From Aulosira sp. ZfuVER01 (GTDB lineage: Bacteria > Cyanobacteriota > Cyanobacteriia > Cyanobacteriales > Nostocaceae): DNA of 64,000 bases. Shown here in pieces: positions 50,677 to 62,194 of the stretch. Position 1 is the first letter of the stretch; each line of letters begins with the position of its first letter. The notes below the pieces were generated by a model, which saw nothing but the letters and a program-made list of their open reading frames with translations, was not told where the DNA came from and did no database searches. Made by a program: the position numbers and the translations under genes. Location: the NCBI GenBank assembly GCA_034530615.2, contig JAVRCV020000051.1, positions 64,001-128,000 on the forward strand. Reading direction: 5' to 3'.

Positions 50677-53343
50677 ATGCCTCTGGAGAATCTCTTGCAT
50701 CCGATTCCAAAAGGGTTATCTAAGGTGCCACTCCGTGTAGCTCTGATAATACCTCTTGTCTTGCAAATCTCTGCGGCTGTAGGTCTAACAGCATTCTTCT
50801 CTTTAAGAAATAGTCAGCAAGCTGTTAATGAAGTTGCTACTCAACTGAGAAATGAAGTTATAACTCGCATTCATCAGCATATTGCTGATTACATGGAGAC
50901 ACCTCAACTTGTAACTCAGATGAATGCCAATGCTCTCCGTTTTGGCGATTTAAATTTGCAAGATGCAAAGAGTCTGGAACGCCATTTCTGGCAACAGATG
51001 CAGTTATTTAAGGCTTTAAGTCCAATTGCCTTTGCCAGTACCCAAGGAGAAATTTATGCGGTCGATCGCCTCAATGATGGAGCGCTAGTCATCCGTATCA
51101 AAAACCAATCAACAGGTGGCAATTACCATACCTACACCAGCGATCGCCAAGGTAATCGGCTCAAGTTAATTCGCGTGAGTACAACTTTTGATCCGCGCAC
51201 TCGCCCCTGGTATGTAGAAGCTGTGAAAGCTGGTAAATTTACTTGGACGGAAATTTATCCTTATTTCTCCTCATCAGGGCTGGCGATCAGTGCAACTAGG
51301 CCTGTTTATCACCAGACAGGTACTTTGCTGGGAGTGACAAATGCAACTTTATCTTTAAAGCAATTAGGTGACTTTTTACACAGATTAAAAATTAGTCGCT
51401 CAGGCAAGACATTTATTATTGAGCGTTCTGGAAACTTAGTAGCAAGTTCAACAGTTGAGCAACCTTTTACCTTGAGTCAGGAGGGAGGAAAGGAGAAATA
51501 CAAACGGCTCGGTGCGATCGCCAGCAGTGATCGCATTACTCGTCAGACAGCACAGTACTTGCTGGAAAACTTTAGTAATCTTCAAAACATACATAGTAGT
51601 CAGCATCTGGAATTTGAAATTGCTGGTCAGCGCCAATTTATACAGCTTATGCCGTTCAGCGACGGCTACGGACTAAATTGGTTAATTGTGGTGGTGGTTC
51701 CCGAAGCTGACTTTATGGACTTGATCGAAGCCAACAAGCGCACGACTATTTTGCTGTGTATAGGAGCGTTGTTGCTGGCTACAGTATCAGGAGTGATGAC
51801 TTCTCATTACATTACCCGACCGATTCTCCACTTGAGTGCAGCTTCTAAAGACATCGCTGATGGCAAGTTAGACCAAATGGTGACAGTCGAAGGCATCAAA
51901 GAAGTGAGAGTTCTGGCTCAGGCTCACAACCAAATGGCGACTCAATTACAAGAATCCTTTGCTGAACTATTAGAGGCTAACAGGCAGTTAGAGGCTGAAA
52001 TTGCCGAGCGCAAACGTGCAGAGGAACAATTGCGCCGAAATGCATTTCACGATGCACTCACAGGTTTACCAAACCGAGCTTTTTTTATAGAGCGCTTAAA
52101 ACATGCAATCCAGCAAGCCAAACGCCAGAGGGATTATTTATTTGCTGTACTGTTTCTAGATTTGGATCGCTTTAAGGTGATCAATGACAGTCTTGGACAC
52201 ATAGTTGGAGACCAATTTCTGCTGACTATTGCTAGCAGAATCGAAATATCCATCCGCTCCACGGATATAGCAGCACGGCTTGGGGGAGACGAATTTACAA
52301 TCCTGCTTGAGGGAATCCAAGATGCTTCAGAGGCTATCAAAGTGGCTGAACGAATTCAACAAACACTAGCATTACCTTTTGAACTTAACGGGCACGAAAT
52401 GTTTACTACGGCTAGTATTGGCATTGCTCTGAGTTCGACATTAGACTACGACCAGCCAGAAGATTTACTCAGAGATGCTGACACGGCGATGTACCGAGCC
52501 AAGGGGCAGGGTAAGGCGCGCTATGAGTTATTCAATCCAGATATGTATGCTTATGCTGTACACAGATTGCAGTTAGAGACTGCTCTGCGCCGCGCAATTG
52601 AGCGCCACGAGTTTCGAGTTTATTACCAACCGATTGTTTCGCTCAGTAGTGGCAAAATTTCAGGTTTCGAGGCGCTGGTGCGTTGGCAGCATCCAGAGCG
52701 TGGTCTGGTTTCGCCTGGAGAATTTATTCCCTTGGCGGAAGAAACTGGACTGATTGTGGAAATTGGTTACTGGACACTGTATGAGGCTTGCCGCCAGATG
52801 CAAGTCTGGCAGGTGCAAGCTCATACCAACTCCCTAGAGAAAATTAGCGTCAATCTTTCTGTCAAGCAATTTGCCCGGACGGACTTGATTGAACAGATTA
52901 GGCAAATTCTGGATGCGACTGGTCTAGATGCCTCCAGTCTAGTTTTAGAAATTACTGAAAGCGTAATTATGGAAAACGGTGATGATGGAAATACCGCACT
53001 CCTACAACTGCGTGAGATGGGTATTAAGTTATCAATTGATGACTTCGGTACTGGCTATTCCTCATTAAGCCGTCTCCATAGTTTTCCGATTAGTATATTG
53101 AAGATTGACCGTTCCTTCGTCAGCCCGATAGATAGTAGTACCAGGAATTTAGGAATTATTGAGACAATTGTCACGCTAGCACACAACCTAGGTATGGATG
53201 TGACTGCTGAAGGGGTAGAGACAAAGGAGCAACTAGCATATCTGAGAAATTTGAATTGTGAATATGGCCAAGGATATTTGTTCTCTCCTCCACTGGATAG
53301 TTCAGCAGCAACGGCATTAATCGTGGCAAATTCTCAATGGTAA
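50677..53343 (+). CDS. Cache-HAMP-GGDEF-EAL diguanylate cyclase/phosphodiesterase
   Basis: Two TM helices, FDPRTRPWY (Cache), HAMP, RLGGDEF, FEALVR, DDFGTGYSS. Confidence 0.93.
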   Translation: MPLENLLHPIPKGLSKVPLRVALIIPLVLQISAAVGLTAFFSLRNSQQAVNEVATQLRNEVITRIHQHIADYMETPQLVTQMNANALRFGDLNLQDAKSLERHFWQQMQLFKALSPIAFASTQGEIYAVDRLNDGALVIRIKNQSTGGNYHTYTSDRQGNRLKLIRVSTTFDPRTRPWYVEAVKAGKFTWTEIYPYFSSSGLAISATRPVYHQTGTLLGVTNATLSLKQLGDFLHRLKISRSGKTFIIERSGNLVASSTVEQPFTLSQEGGKEKYKRLGAIASSDRITRQTAQYLLENFSNLQNIHSSQHLEFEIAGQRQFIQLMPFSDGYGLNWLIVVVVPEADFMDLIEANKRTTILLCIGALLLATVSGVMTSHYITRPILHLSAASKDIADGKLDQMVTVEGIKEVRVLAQAHNQMATQLQESFAELLEANRQLEAEIAERKRAEEQLRRNAFHDALTGLPNRAFFIERLKHAIQQAKRQRDYLFAVLFLDLDRFKVINDSLGHIVGDQFLLTIASRIEISIRSTDIAARLGGDEFTILLEGIQDASEAIKVAERIQQTLALPFELNGHEMFTTASIGIALSSTLDYDQPEDLLRDADTAMYRAKGQGKARYELFNPDMYAYAVHRLQLETALRRAIERHEFRVYYQPIVSLSSGKISGFEALVRWQHPERGLVSPGEFIPLAEETGLIVEIGYWTLYEACRQMQVWQVQAHTNSLEKISVNLSVKQFARTDLIEQIRQILDATGLDASSLVLEITESVIMENGDDGNTALLQLREMGIKLSIDDFGTGYSSLSRLHSFPISILKIDRSFVSPIDSSTRNLGIIETIVTLAHNLGMDVTAEGVETKEQLAYLRNLNCEYGQGYLFSPPLDSSAATALIVANSQW

Positions 53344-53350
53344 GGGTGCT

Positions 53351-54454
53351 TTAACTGTTACTTGATGTGGCAAAATTGGCATAGCTCAATTCATTGATGC
53401 GATTCCAATTGAAAATATTCTCCCGAAAGGCTTTCCACTGTTCGTATACTTGTTTGAAATTTGCATCTTTGCTGGCATTTTCATTGAATATATCAAAGGA
53501 GATTTTCTGCGCGGCTTGCATAATCTCTGGGCTGTAGGGAACAAGCTTAGTACCACCAGATTTTAATCTCGTCAGTGCTTCTCCATTCAAAGCATCATAC
53601 TGACTAAGCATATTTAAATTAGCTTCTGCACAAGCTGTTTTGAAAACTTCTTGATACTCTTTAGGCAACCGCTTCCAGGCATTGAGATTTACCAATACAT
53701 CTAAAGTTGGCCCTGGCTCCCACCAACCTGGGTAATAATAGAATTGCGCGGCTTTATGTAAACCGAGTTTTTCGTCATCGTAAGGGCCAACCCACTCAGC
53801 AGCATCAATTGCACCTCTATCAAGTGCTAAATAAATTTCGCCCCCTGGTAAAACTTGCACGTTCACTCCCAAACGAGACATCACTTGTCCGCCTAATCCG
53901 GGAATGCGCATTTTCAAACCTTTGAGGTCAGCTACAGATTTAATTTCTCTTTTAAACCATCCTCCCATCTGTGCGCCAGTACTGCCGGCTGGGAAACTGA
54001 TCGTATTGAAGTTGGTATAAATTTTCTGTATGGCTTGTAGTCCACCACCGTGATAAAGCCAAGCATACTGCTGTTGAGCATTTAAACCGAAGGGTACGGA
54101 GGTGGCGAAAGCTAATGCCGGACTTTTGCCGATGTAATAGTAGCTCGATGTGTGACCACATTCAACAGTCCCAGCTTGCACAGCATCTAAAACTTGCAAT
54201 CCTGGCACTAATTCACCCGCCGCAAAGGGTGTAATCTTGAAACGTCCGTTGGTCATTTCTGCAACCCGCTTGGAAACGGTTTCTGCACCAATAAAAGTCC
54301 CTAAAGACTTAGGCCAACTAGTAGCCATCCGCCAACGCACATTAGGTAGTCCTGTTTGCACGTTAGGAGATGTCCCAGTTCGGGCGCAGGAAGCTAGGGT
54401 AGTAGCTGTTACCGAGGCGATCGCAGCCGTATTTAAGACTTCTCGACGTTTCAT
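53351..54454 (-). CDS. TRAP transporter substrate-binding protein (DctP/TakP-like), Tat lipoprotein
   Basis: KRREVL Tat-like motif, LASC lipobox, [20 protein letters not shown]. Confidence 0.9.
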   Translation of the reverse strand: MKRREVLNTAAIASVTATTLASCARTGTSPNVQTGLPNVRWRMATSWPKSLGTFIGAETVSKRVAEMTNGRFKITPFAAGELVPGLQVLDAVQAGTVECGHTSSYYYIGKSPALAFATSVPFGLNAQQQYAWLYHGGGLQAIQKIYTNFNTISFPAGSTGAQMGGWFKREIKSVADLKGLKMRIPGLGGQVMSRLGVNVQVLPGGEIYLALDRGAIDAAEWVGPYDDEKLGLHKAAQFYYYPGWWEPGPTLDVLVNLNAWKRLPKEYQEVFKTACAEANLNMLSQYDALNGEALTRLKSGGTKLVPYSPEIMQAAQKISFDIFNENASKDANFKQVYEQWKAFRENIFNWNRINELSYANFATSSNS

Positions 54455-55056
54455 GGTTTATTTTTAGGGAAATTAGTCAGAATTTTAGGGTAATTTGGGT
54501 ACGGATATGCAGAGAATTTTACCCAAGCCTGAAAAGCGATCGCTAGTTTTTTTAGCTTTCAGAAAAAATAAGAGATTAAAATAGCCCAGATAAGAGAAAA
54601 GTAATAGCTAGGTACTCAACGACCAATACATTTCTCTTTCCTTTGTGGATATTAGCTCAAGAAAATTTGTTACAATACTTGTCCTTATCAGGACATATCC
54701 TTGTCATAATTTTGTGATAACTTCGTCAATACTATATGCAATATTTTACCTATCTAAAATTTATGACTTTGAAGAAGGTGACTATACTTACCTTTTCTAC
54801 ATATATTCTCAAATAATTGTAGTAATTAATAGTTGAGAAAAATTAATATTTGACAAGGTTTTTATTTGTAGATGAGAATTTCATTTATGGATATTAATCA
54901 CTTCCTTAAGTAAGTGATGTTTTAAAAGTTACAATGATTAAATTTGAAATAAATATTACTCAATATCCTATGGCTTGTCAATCATGAGTTATGAAAATTT
55001 TAGAAAAGCCCAAGATATTAAAAAGGAAAATTTAGTAACTCTTTCAGGAGCTATAA

Positions 55057-55947
55057 ATGCATAAAAACAAATTGTTTATTTACTCATCAAGAATATTAAT
55101 TGCGCTAGTTATATTGAGCGCTAGTTTTAGTATATTGGCGATAAAACCAAAAGCTTCAGAAGCACAAAGTGGGCAAAATAATAATACCGATGTACCTGAG
55201 GGAATTCAGCAGCGTCTTGATGAATTGAAGGAGAGAATGCTGACAATTTTACAGCAACAAGCACAAATAAAAGGTTTATCTTATGCTGTACCATCACGTT
55301 TTCAAGGCGCAACAATTGAGGCAGCAAAACTTCCTCCATCTGAGAAGGTAATTGCTCTAACATTTGATGATGGCCCTTGGCCTGAAAGTACTAACCAAGT
55401 GCTAGATATTCTTAAAAAAAACAATATCAAAGCTACGTTTTTTGTACTGGGGCAGAATGTGAAAAATTATCCAGACTTATTGAAGCGAGAAAATGCTGAA
55501 GGTCACATAATTGGCAACCATACTTGGCATCATTGGTACCAATTCATGAATCAACAGACAGCAGGTTATGAAATTAATCGCACAGCCAACTTAATTAATC
55601 AAATTACTGGAGTTAAAACGAATTTATTTCGTCCACCAGGTGGAATCATGCATAATGGAGTGGCTGATTACGCTAGAAATAACAAATACGCTATCGTTTT
55701 GTGGTCATCTGATTCTACAGATTACTCACGTCCTGCTGTACCAAAGTTAATTAAAAATGTGTTCAGGGAGGCAAAGCCTGGTGGTATTGTCCTGATGCAT
55801 GATGGTGGAGGTAATCGCTCAAGAACTGTGCAAGCTTTACCAGAAATTATTGCCAAATTTCGCCAGGAAGGTTATCAGTTTGTAACTATTCCTGAACTAT
55901 TGCAAATGGAAGATAAAGACCAAAGCGTTCTTGCTAAGAAAAAGTAA
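55057..55947 (+). CDS. Polysaccharide deacetylase (NodB-like)
   Basis: TFDDGP, NHTWHH, FRPPGG, VLMHD; N-terminal TM/signal segment. Confidence 0.92.
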   Translation: MHKNKLFIYSSRILIALVILSASFSILAIKPKASEAQSGQNNNTDVPEGIQQRLDELKERMLTILQQQAQIKGLSYAVPSRFQGATIEAAKLPPSEKVIALTFDDGPWPESTNQVLDILKKNNIKATFFVLGQNVKNYPDLLKRENAEGHIIGNHTWHHWYQFMNQQTAGYEINRTANLINQITGVKTNLFRPPGGIMHNGVADYARNNKYAIVLWSSDSTDYSRPAVPKLIKNVFREAKPGGIVLMHDGGGNRSRTVQALPEIIAKFRQEGYQFVTIPELLQMEDKDQSVLAKKK

Positions 55948-56148
55948 TTCTCTATAAAAAGAGCCTGACACAATTTTGACTGTGCCTGTACTAGCTGTCG
56001 GATTTCACTACAAGGTAATCTACCAATATCCTTAGTAATTTAGAATTAGCGATCGCACCTTTATTTAAGACTGCTTAATTTATAATTTAAGTTAATTTAG
56101 ATAAGGAGATTACATATAAATATTTAATCTCCCTATCTTCTATTAAGT

Positions 56149-56751
56149 CTAAGGCACGTTCATGCCGCGTTGCACTGCTGGACGCTGACCTACAGTTTCC
56201 ACCCACCTTTTTAAATTGGGATGATTGTCTAAGGTCAAGCCTTGCATTTGATAAATTGCCACCCAAGGATAAGTTGCTACATCTGCAATTGAATACTCGC
56301 CGCAGATAAATTCATTGTTTGCCAGTTGTTGATCCAATACGCCATAAATTCGTAGAGTTTCTTTTTCATAACGTTCAATGGCGTAGGGAATCTTTTCTGG
56401 CGCAAACCTTTTAAAGTGATTGAGTTGTCCAAACATTGGCCCTACACCCCCCATTTGAAACATCAGCCACTCCAGCACTAGAAAGCGACCTTTTTTGTCA
56501 GTGGGTAGTAATTTACCTGTTTTTTCTGCTAAGTAAATGAGAATTGCGCCAGATTCAAAAACTTTGATATCGGTTTCTTGGTCAACAATCGCTGGAATTT
56601 TGCTGTTGGGATTAATTGCTATATATTCGGGTGTAAATTGCTCTTGTTTTGTAATGTCGATTTTGTGGAGGTTGTAAGGCAGTTCTACTTCTTCCAACAT
56701 AATGGAAGCCTTACGCCCATTAGGTGTGGTGAAGGTATATAAATCAATCAT
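56149..56751 (-). CDS. Glutathione S-transferase (YfcG-like)
   Basis: TPNG, NPNSKIPAI, FESGAIL, GPMFGQ, YSIAD. Confidence 0.93.
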   Translation of the reverse strand: MIDLYTFTTPNGRKASIMLEEVELPYNLHKIDITKQEQFTPEYIAINPNSKIPAIVDQETDIKVFESGAILIYLAEKTGKLLPTDKKGRFLVLEWLMFQMGGVGPMFGQLNHFKRFAPEKIPYAIERYEKETLRIYGVLDQQLANNEFICGEYSIADVATYPWVAIYQMQGLTLDNHPNLKRWVETVGQRPAVQRGMNVP

Positions 56752-57109
56752 GTGATCGTACCCTGGAATATTCGCGATCTCCGAGGGTAGTTTACCTTAA
56801 ATTTAAGTTATCTATATCTAAAAACTACATATTCTTTAATTAAAAACACAAAATATTTGCTAAAAGATTTAACTACACAAACTATTTAATCAAGTTTGTG
56901 TGTTGTTACTGAACTAATATAAAGATTAATTTATGATTTTTATATACAATTACGTGGCACAATATCCGGAGTAAATTCTTGATTTCAGCCTAATTATTTT
57001 TCAAATTATGAATCTACTAGCAAAACCTTATTAACTGTAAGGACAAAAAGACTTACAACACTATTTGCAGTAGTCGAATTTTATAGAACTGCTATTTCAA
57101 AAATCAAAA

Positions 57110-57385
57110 ATGGTTATGTATGAACACTCAGATCTCGAAAACAGCAAGTTTGATGAGAGAAAAATTCGCAAGCTTGTTTTATTAATTCTCTTTGCCGTCA
57201 TAGTACTAACTTGTGGTTTTTATCCCGCCTTTGTACTATTCTCTAATGTCAAGATAAATTCAAATTTTACTAATAGATACCCAACTTCAATCCCCAGCAT
57301 CAACGACCAATTTCAATGTGAGAAGAGTGAGAGAATCTGGCGCGATCGCAAGTGTTGGGACTATAAACACGATCCTTCTTTTTAA
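57110..57385 (+). CDS. Small single-TM hypothetical protein
   Basis: TM helix followed by QCEKSERIWRDRKCWDYKHDPSF. Confidence 0.6.
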   Translation: MVMYEHSDLENSKFDERKIRKLVLLILFAVIVLTCGFYPAFVLFSNVKINSNFTNRYPTSIPSINDQFQCEKSERIWRDRKCWDYKHDPSF

Positions 57386-57484
57386 TGGTAGTACCTCTAC
57401 CCTAGGATAATAAGCATCAAAGGAATCTACAAGTCAGCCAATCAGGGGAACATCAATACCTCGTGCCCAGTTTTCTAGCTAGAT

Positions 57485-58849
57485 TTAAGTTTCGGCTTCA
57501 GAAACTGAAAGATCTGCTATTGGTTGACACCAATTTTCTGGTATTGCAATATTTTCTGGTAAAAGAGTTGTGCGATCGCCAAATGCTAACTCAAGCTGGG
57601 CTGATTCCAGATTCTCACATCTAGTCATATCGGCTCCATAAATTCTGGCTTTTTGAAGAATTGCTTGATTTAAGTTAGTACCAGTGAGAATTGCGTCTTG
57701 TAGGTTAGCTTCATAAAAATTGGCTTCTTCTAAATTCGCTTCATAGAGGTTAGCTTGCTGTAGATTAGCTGTGCTGAATAACACACCTTCTAAGTTAGCT
57801 CCAATTAGTTTTGCTCCTTGTAAGTTACTACCAATCAGGTTTGCTCCTTGCAGGTTGCTTCCCTCTAAGTTTGCTCCTTCTAAGTTAGTGTCACAAAGAA
57901 TAGCTTCTTCTAAATTAGCGTTAGAAAGGCTTGCTCCTTGTAAGTTGGCATCATATAGAATTGCACCTTGCAAGTCAGCTTCATACAGTACTGCTTTCGA
58001 TAAATTAACTTTTCTCAAAACAGCTTCTTGGAGATTAGCTTCTGGGAGGATTGCTTTTTGCAAGTTAGCTTCATAAAGAACTGCTCCACAGAGATTTGTT
58101 TCTGTTAAGTTTGCTCCAGAAAGATTAGCGCCTATCAGGTTTACCCATTGTAAATTAGATCCAATTAAAATTGCTCCAGAAAAATTAGCTTCCATCAGAT
58201 CGGCACCACTGATATCTATATCGCGCAAATCTAGTTTCTTATTTGCCAAATCATGCTGTGTGTTGCGTCTGCCAATTACAGTTAGGGCTGTTTGAATATC
58301 TGTAGGAATTTTTTCCGGTAAATTATCCTCATTTTTATGCTGCGTTGAGGAATTTTCTCGAATAAAAGCAGCGAGAATTTCCATAATTGTCCAATGATTT
58401 TTCGGACAATCTCTGGCAATTCTTTCTAGGGCATATATTGCAGCAAAGCGTGTTTCTATTTTTTCATTACCTAGATGTTCGATTGCTTGATAAAATCTTT
58501 CTGTTACTAATTCTTCTGTTTTTGGTTCTGCATAATTAATGTCGATTGCTATCTTTTGCTGATGTTCTGTAATCTCGGAAATAATTTGTGCTAGTTCAAT
58601 CCGATCCATTGCCAGAGAGAGTTTAGAATTATAGTAAGTATTGATACTCATTGCTATTACCCAAGTAAGCATAGCAACTATAGTTATTACTTGAGTGATA
58701 GCTACAACTTTTAGTTCCCTTGATAGCCATTGAAAACTAAAAAAAAAGAATTGATTTAAAGTTAAAGAGAGAATAAATATTGTTGTTATATATATAAAGA
58801 AACTTGTGAGTCCATCTGTCTTGAATAAAGACATATAATTAGTCTTCAT
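57485..58849 (-). CDS. Membrane-anchored pentapeptide repeat protein
   Basis: Two TM helices, AIYALERIA..IMEILAAFIREN domain, long A(N/D)Lxx tract. Confidence 0.9.
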   Translation of the reverse strand: MKTNYMSLFKTDGLTSFFIYITTIFILSLTLNQFFFFSFQWLSRELKVVAITQVITIVAMLTWVIAMSINTYYNSKLSLAMDRIELAQIISEITEHQQKIAIDINYAEPKTEELVTERFYQAIEHLGNEKIETRFAAIYALERIARDCPKNHWTIMEILAAFIRENSSTQHKNEDNLPEKIPTDIQTALTVIGRRNTQHDLANKKLDLRDIDISGADLMEANFSGAILIGSNLQWVNLIGANLSGANLTETNLCGAVLYEANLQKAILPEANLQEAVLRKVNLSKAVLYEADLQGAILYDANLQGASLSNANLEEAILCDTNLEGANLEGSNLQGANLIGSNLQGAKLIGANLEGVLFSTANLQQANLYEANLEEANFYEANLQDAILTGTNLNQAILQKARIYGADMTRCENLESAQLELAFGDRTTLLPENIAIPENWCQPIADLSVSEAET

Positions 58850-59545
58850 CTCTGACTCCTTATGTAATTTAGCTTATCTATAGTATGATTTGTAAGTTTC
58901 TTTTAGTACAGTAAAAACACGGACTTAATTAATAAATATATTTATCGCTCGCAAAATCTATATAGATTTACTTACAAATAATAGAAACTACTGTAATTAT
59001 ACGAAATAAAATCTCTTTCAACTTCACCTTACCTTCGCCAAAATGTCCTCATATCGTGTCTGATGAAAGACTTATCATTAAGACCGCAGGAGAGCAGAGA
59101 GAAGCTGACAAGTGTAGGTCAAATGGGACAAGGGAGAAAAAGCTTATTCCTGCGTTCAAATGAGAGTAATAACTCACCTTTTTATGAAATACCTACACCT
59201 GTGAGGTAGGGAGAAAGGGAGCAAGGGGAAAGAATATTTTTTTCTACAGATGCGCGAATTATAACTAATTAGGCGGATACGATCTCACTCTAAAAGAATA
59301 TGTCATTACATACATCTTTTAAATTTCAGTTTCGTTGCCAATTCGCCTGAGAATCTATTCCAAGGCTAATAGCTCAAGCTTACGTTTGATAAGTAAATAG
59401 ACTTACGTGGTGTAAAAATCCTGAGGATAGATAATCTCTAGCTGTAATTAAGTTGTCAGTTTATGCTGAAAGTTTTTGTAGAAAATATAGCATTTATTTT
59501 AAAATTGCAAGCTGCACCCTGATAACTAATTGTTGCCAAGTTATC

Positions 59546-61006
59546 TTAACCAGGTTTTCGCCAGTGTATTGGAGCTTCAACATAATCGGGTAGGCGAGTT
59601 GTGCGATCGCCCACTGCTGCTGTAATTTGTTGTAATTCTAAATTTTTAGCACCTGTCAATATTGCCCCTTCTAATTTGACATCACAGAGGTTTGTCCCGG
59701 AGAAGTTAGCTCCCATCAGATTTGCTCCGTGGAGGTTGGCTTCATAGAGGATGGCTCTAGAAAGATTTGCTCCTATGAGGTTGGCGCGATGCAAATCAGC
59801 TTCCGCTAGGCTGGCTTCTGAGAGGTTGGCAAAAAATATCTCTGTCTGCTGGAGTTTAGCTGCATTCAAGTTTGCCCCTTGCAAGTTGGCTCCATTTAAA
59901 TTTGCCCCTTGCAGGTTGGCTCCAATTAGACCTGTAAGCTGTAAGTTGGCTTTACCGAGCTTTGCACCTTGCAAGTTGGCAAGAAATAACTTGGCTCCAG
60001 AAAGGTTGGCAACTTTTAAGGTTGCTTGTTGTAAGTTGGCCTTATAAAGGTTAGCCCCGCGCAAGTTAGCTGCACGCAGACTTGCGCCTGTAAGATTAGC
60101 TCCTCGTAGGTTAGCCCCAGATAAATTGGCGCGATTCAGGTTTGCCCAGGAAAGGTCAGCTCCACTGAGGTTGGCTTTGAGGAGGTTGGCTTCATAAAGA
60201 ATAGACCCAGAGAGTTTAGCGCCACTCAAGTCTGTACCAGCTAAAGCAGCTCCGCGCAAATCTGCACCACAGAGGTCAGCTCCACGTAAATCTATGCCTT
60301 CAAAGTTAGCCCCTAGCAAGTCTGCTCGTTTAATATCTGTATGACGTAAATCTAGTTTCTGATTTACCCGGTCTTCTAAATAATTACGCCTACCAATGAC
60401 TGTCAGAGCTACTTGAATATCTGTACGAATTCTTGGTGATTCTGAATGAACATTTGGATCTAACTGCTGTGTACGCAAATCTATAGGTGCTGCATCTTCC
60501 TGTCTTGCCCTACCTTCATAGATAGGAGCGTTCTCACGCACAAAAGCTGTGAGGATTTCCATGATTGTCCAGTGTTCTGTGGGAAATTCCTGGGCGACTC
60601 TTTCTAAAGCATAAATTGCACCTGTGCGGGTTTCGGTTTTATCGTGCCCCAGCTGGGCAATTGCGGTCATAAACCGTTCTGCAATTAGCTTATCTTGAGA
60701 TAGTTTGGCATTTTGGATGCTCAGTTCAATATTTTTTTCAGCCGCGATCGCACTTTTATGCAAAGCTTGGGCACGCTTGGCTCCATAGTAAGCATTCACA
60801 ATCAAGGCTAATCCTGAAAAAATTATTGCTGTGGTGGCTAATGCTTGAATTCCATATTGTATTTGTTGGGAAATTGACAACTCCCGAATATTGGAAAACG
60901 CAAAGAAAATCACAGTCAATGAGAGAGCAAATATAACTGTTATAACTATCAACCAATTCAAGAGTACGCCTGTCTTCTTAGCAGACATAGCAGAAATATT
61001 CCTCAC
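59546..61006 (-). CDS. Membrane-anchored pentapeptide repeat protein
   Basis: Two TM helices, AIYALERVA..IMEILTAFVREN domain, long A(N/D)Lxx tract; start may be MSAKK. Confidence 0.9.
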   Translation of the reverse strand: MRNISAMSAKKTGVLLNWLIVITVIFALSLTVIFFAFSNIRELSISQQIQYGIQALATTAIIFSGLALIVNAYYGAKRAQALHKSAIAAEKNIELSIQNAKLSQDKLIAERFMTAIAQLGHDKTETRTGAIYALERVAQEFPTEHWTIMEILTAFVRENAPIYEGRARQEDAAPIDLRTQQLDPNVHSESPRIRTDIQVALTVIGRRNYLEDRVNQKLDLRHTDIKRADLLGANFEGIDLRGADLCGADLRGAALAGTDLSGAKLSGSILYEANLLKANLSGADLSWANLNRANLSGANLRGANLTGASLRAANLRGANLYKANLQQATLKVANLSGAKLFLANLQGAKLGKANLQLTGLIGANLQGANLNGANLQGANLNAAKLQQTEIFFANLSEASLAEADLHRANLIGANLSRAILYEANLHGANLMGANFSGTNLCDVKLEGAILTGAKNLELQQITAAVGDRTTRLPDYVEAPIHWRKPG

Positions 61007-61205
61007 TACTCAGGAGTATTACTTATATTCTGAGGCTCAATAGTATAGCATTTAGCTAGGAATTTGTATATGTATCATCAGGATTAATTGATTCTACTAT
61101 TACTTAATGTGTGAGATATTAAGCAATAGATCAATTATGCGATCGTCTACTTTGTAACTATTGAGTAGCCAAAATACTTAGTTTAATTAAGTTTTTAGGG
61201 CAAAT

Positions 61206-61973
61206 TTAGCCATCACCCAGTTGAGTAATTGATATATCTACCTCTCTCAGGTTTGCCCCGTTAAGTATGGCATCCTGGAGAATTGCTCCATTAAGCTTTG
61301 CTCTATATAAGCTTGCCCTCTGTAAGTTAGCACCAGAGAGATTAGCACCAGAAAGATTAGCTGCACTCAAAATTGCCTCTTTGAGGTTAGCACCAGAGAG
61401 GTTAGCCCCCGATAGATTAGCCGCCGTGAGGATTGCTCCATGCAGGTTGGCACTACAAAGGTTTGCTCCCGAAAGATTAGTTTGATAAAGGTTTGTCTGC
61501 TCTAAGTTTGCCCCAGCGAGGTTAGCTCCGCTAATATTTGTGTGGCTCAAATCTAGTTGTTCACTTTCTATATCTTGTTGAGTATTTCTTTTGACAATTA
61601 CTGTTAAAGCTGCTTGAATATCTGCACGAATAGTTGATATTTGGTTGTCTTTAACTTCTGTTTGAGGGCGATCGGGAGCATTATTTCGGATAAAATTTGT
61701 CAGAGCTTCCATGATTTTCCCATGTAATTTTGGATCTTCCTGGGCAACTTGGGCTAAATCATCAAATACAGCTAGATTGATTTCTTTGTTTTGGCAATCA
61801 AGCTGTTCCAGTACTAATTGCAATCGTTCAGTAGAGCAAGAATTTGGAATAATTTTTATTTTTTTATCATTGGCAAATATCGCTAGATAGATTTTTTCTA
61901 AAAACACTATATTCATAAGATGCAAATTTTTTGCCGTATGGTAACTACTTATAATTCCTTTCAACATACCCAA
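61206..61973 (-). CDS. Pentapeptide repeat protein (shorter paralog)
   Basis: IMEALTNFIRNN..DIQAALTVI..LDLS then ANLSG repeats; start uncertain. Confidence 0.85.
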   Translation of the reverse strand: MGMLKGIISSYHTAKNLHLMNIVFLEKIYLAIFANDKKIKIIPNSCSTERLQLVLEQLDCQNKEINLAVFDDLAQVAQEDPKLHGKIMEALTNFIRNNAPDRPQTEVKDNQISTIRADIQAALTVIVKRNTQQDIESEQLDLSHTNISGANLAGANLEQTNLYQTNLSGANLCSANLHGAILTAANLSGANLSGANLKEAILSAANLSGANLSGANLQRASLYRAKLNGAILQDAILNGANLREVDISITQLGDG

Positions 61974-62194
61974 AATTATTTTTAATAATTTAGATGTTGC
62001 CCACCAATCAAATCACTAATATATCTGCCAAGTAAGTATACCATTAATCAATGTAAGTACTGTTTATAACTTTGATTTAGCAATAATCAGTAATATATAG
62101 TAGACAGAGAAATAAATCCCATAAAAGAAAATTTTGGCGTCCTGACTGATGCGCTCACAATAGACAAAGCAACAGCATTTACTAAAGTTTCCAG

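Noticed and set aside
1690..55363. Numerous 60-120 aa ORFs antisense or out of frame within long genes (ATPases, ABC1 kinase, acnB, hybrid kinase and others)
   Set aside because: Fully overlap well-supported genes and show no independent motifs.
57771..61485. Plus-strand ORFs with KLAP/RLAP repeats
   Set aside because: Antisense shadows of the pentapeptide repeat genes.
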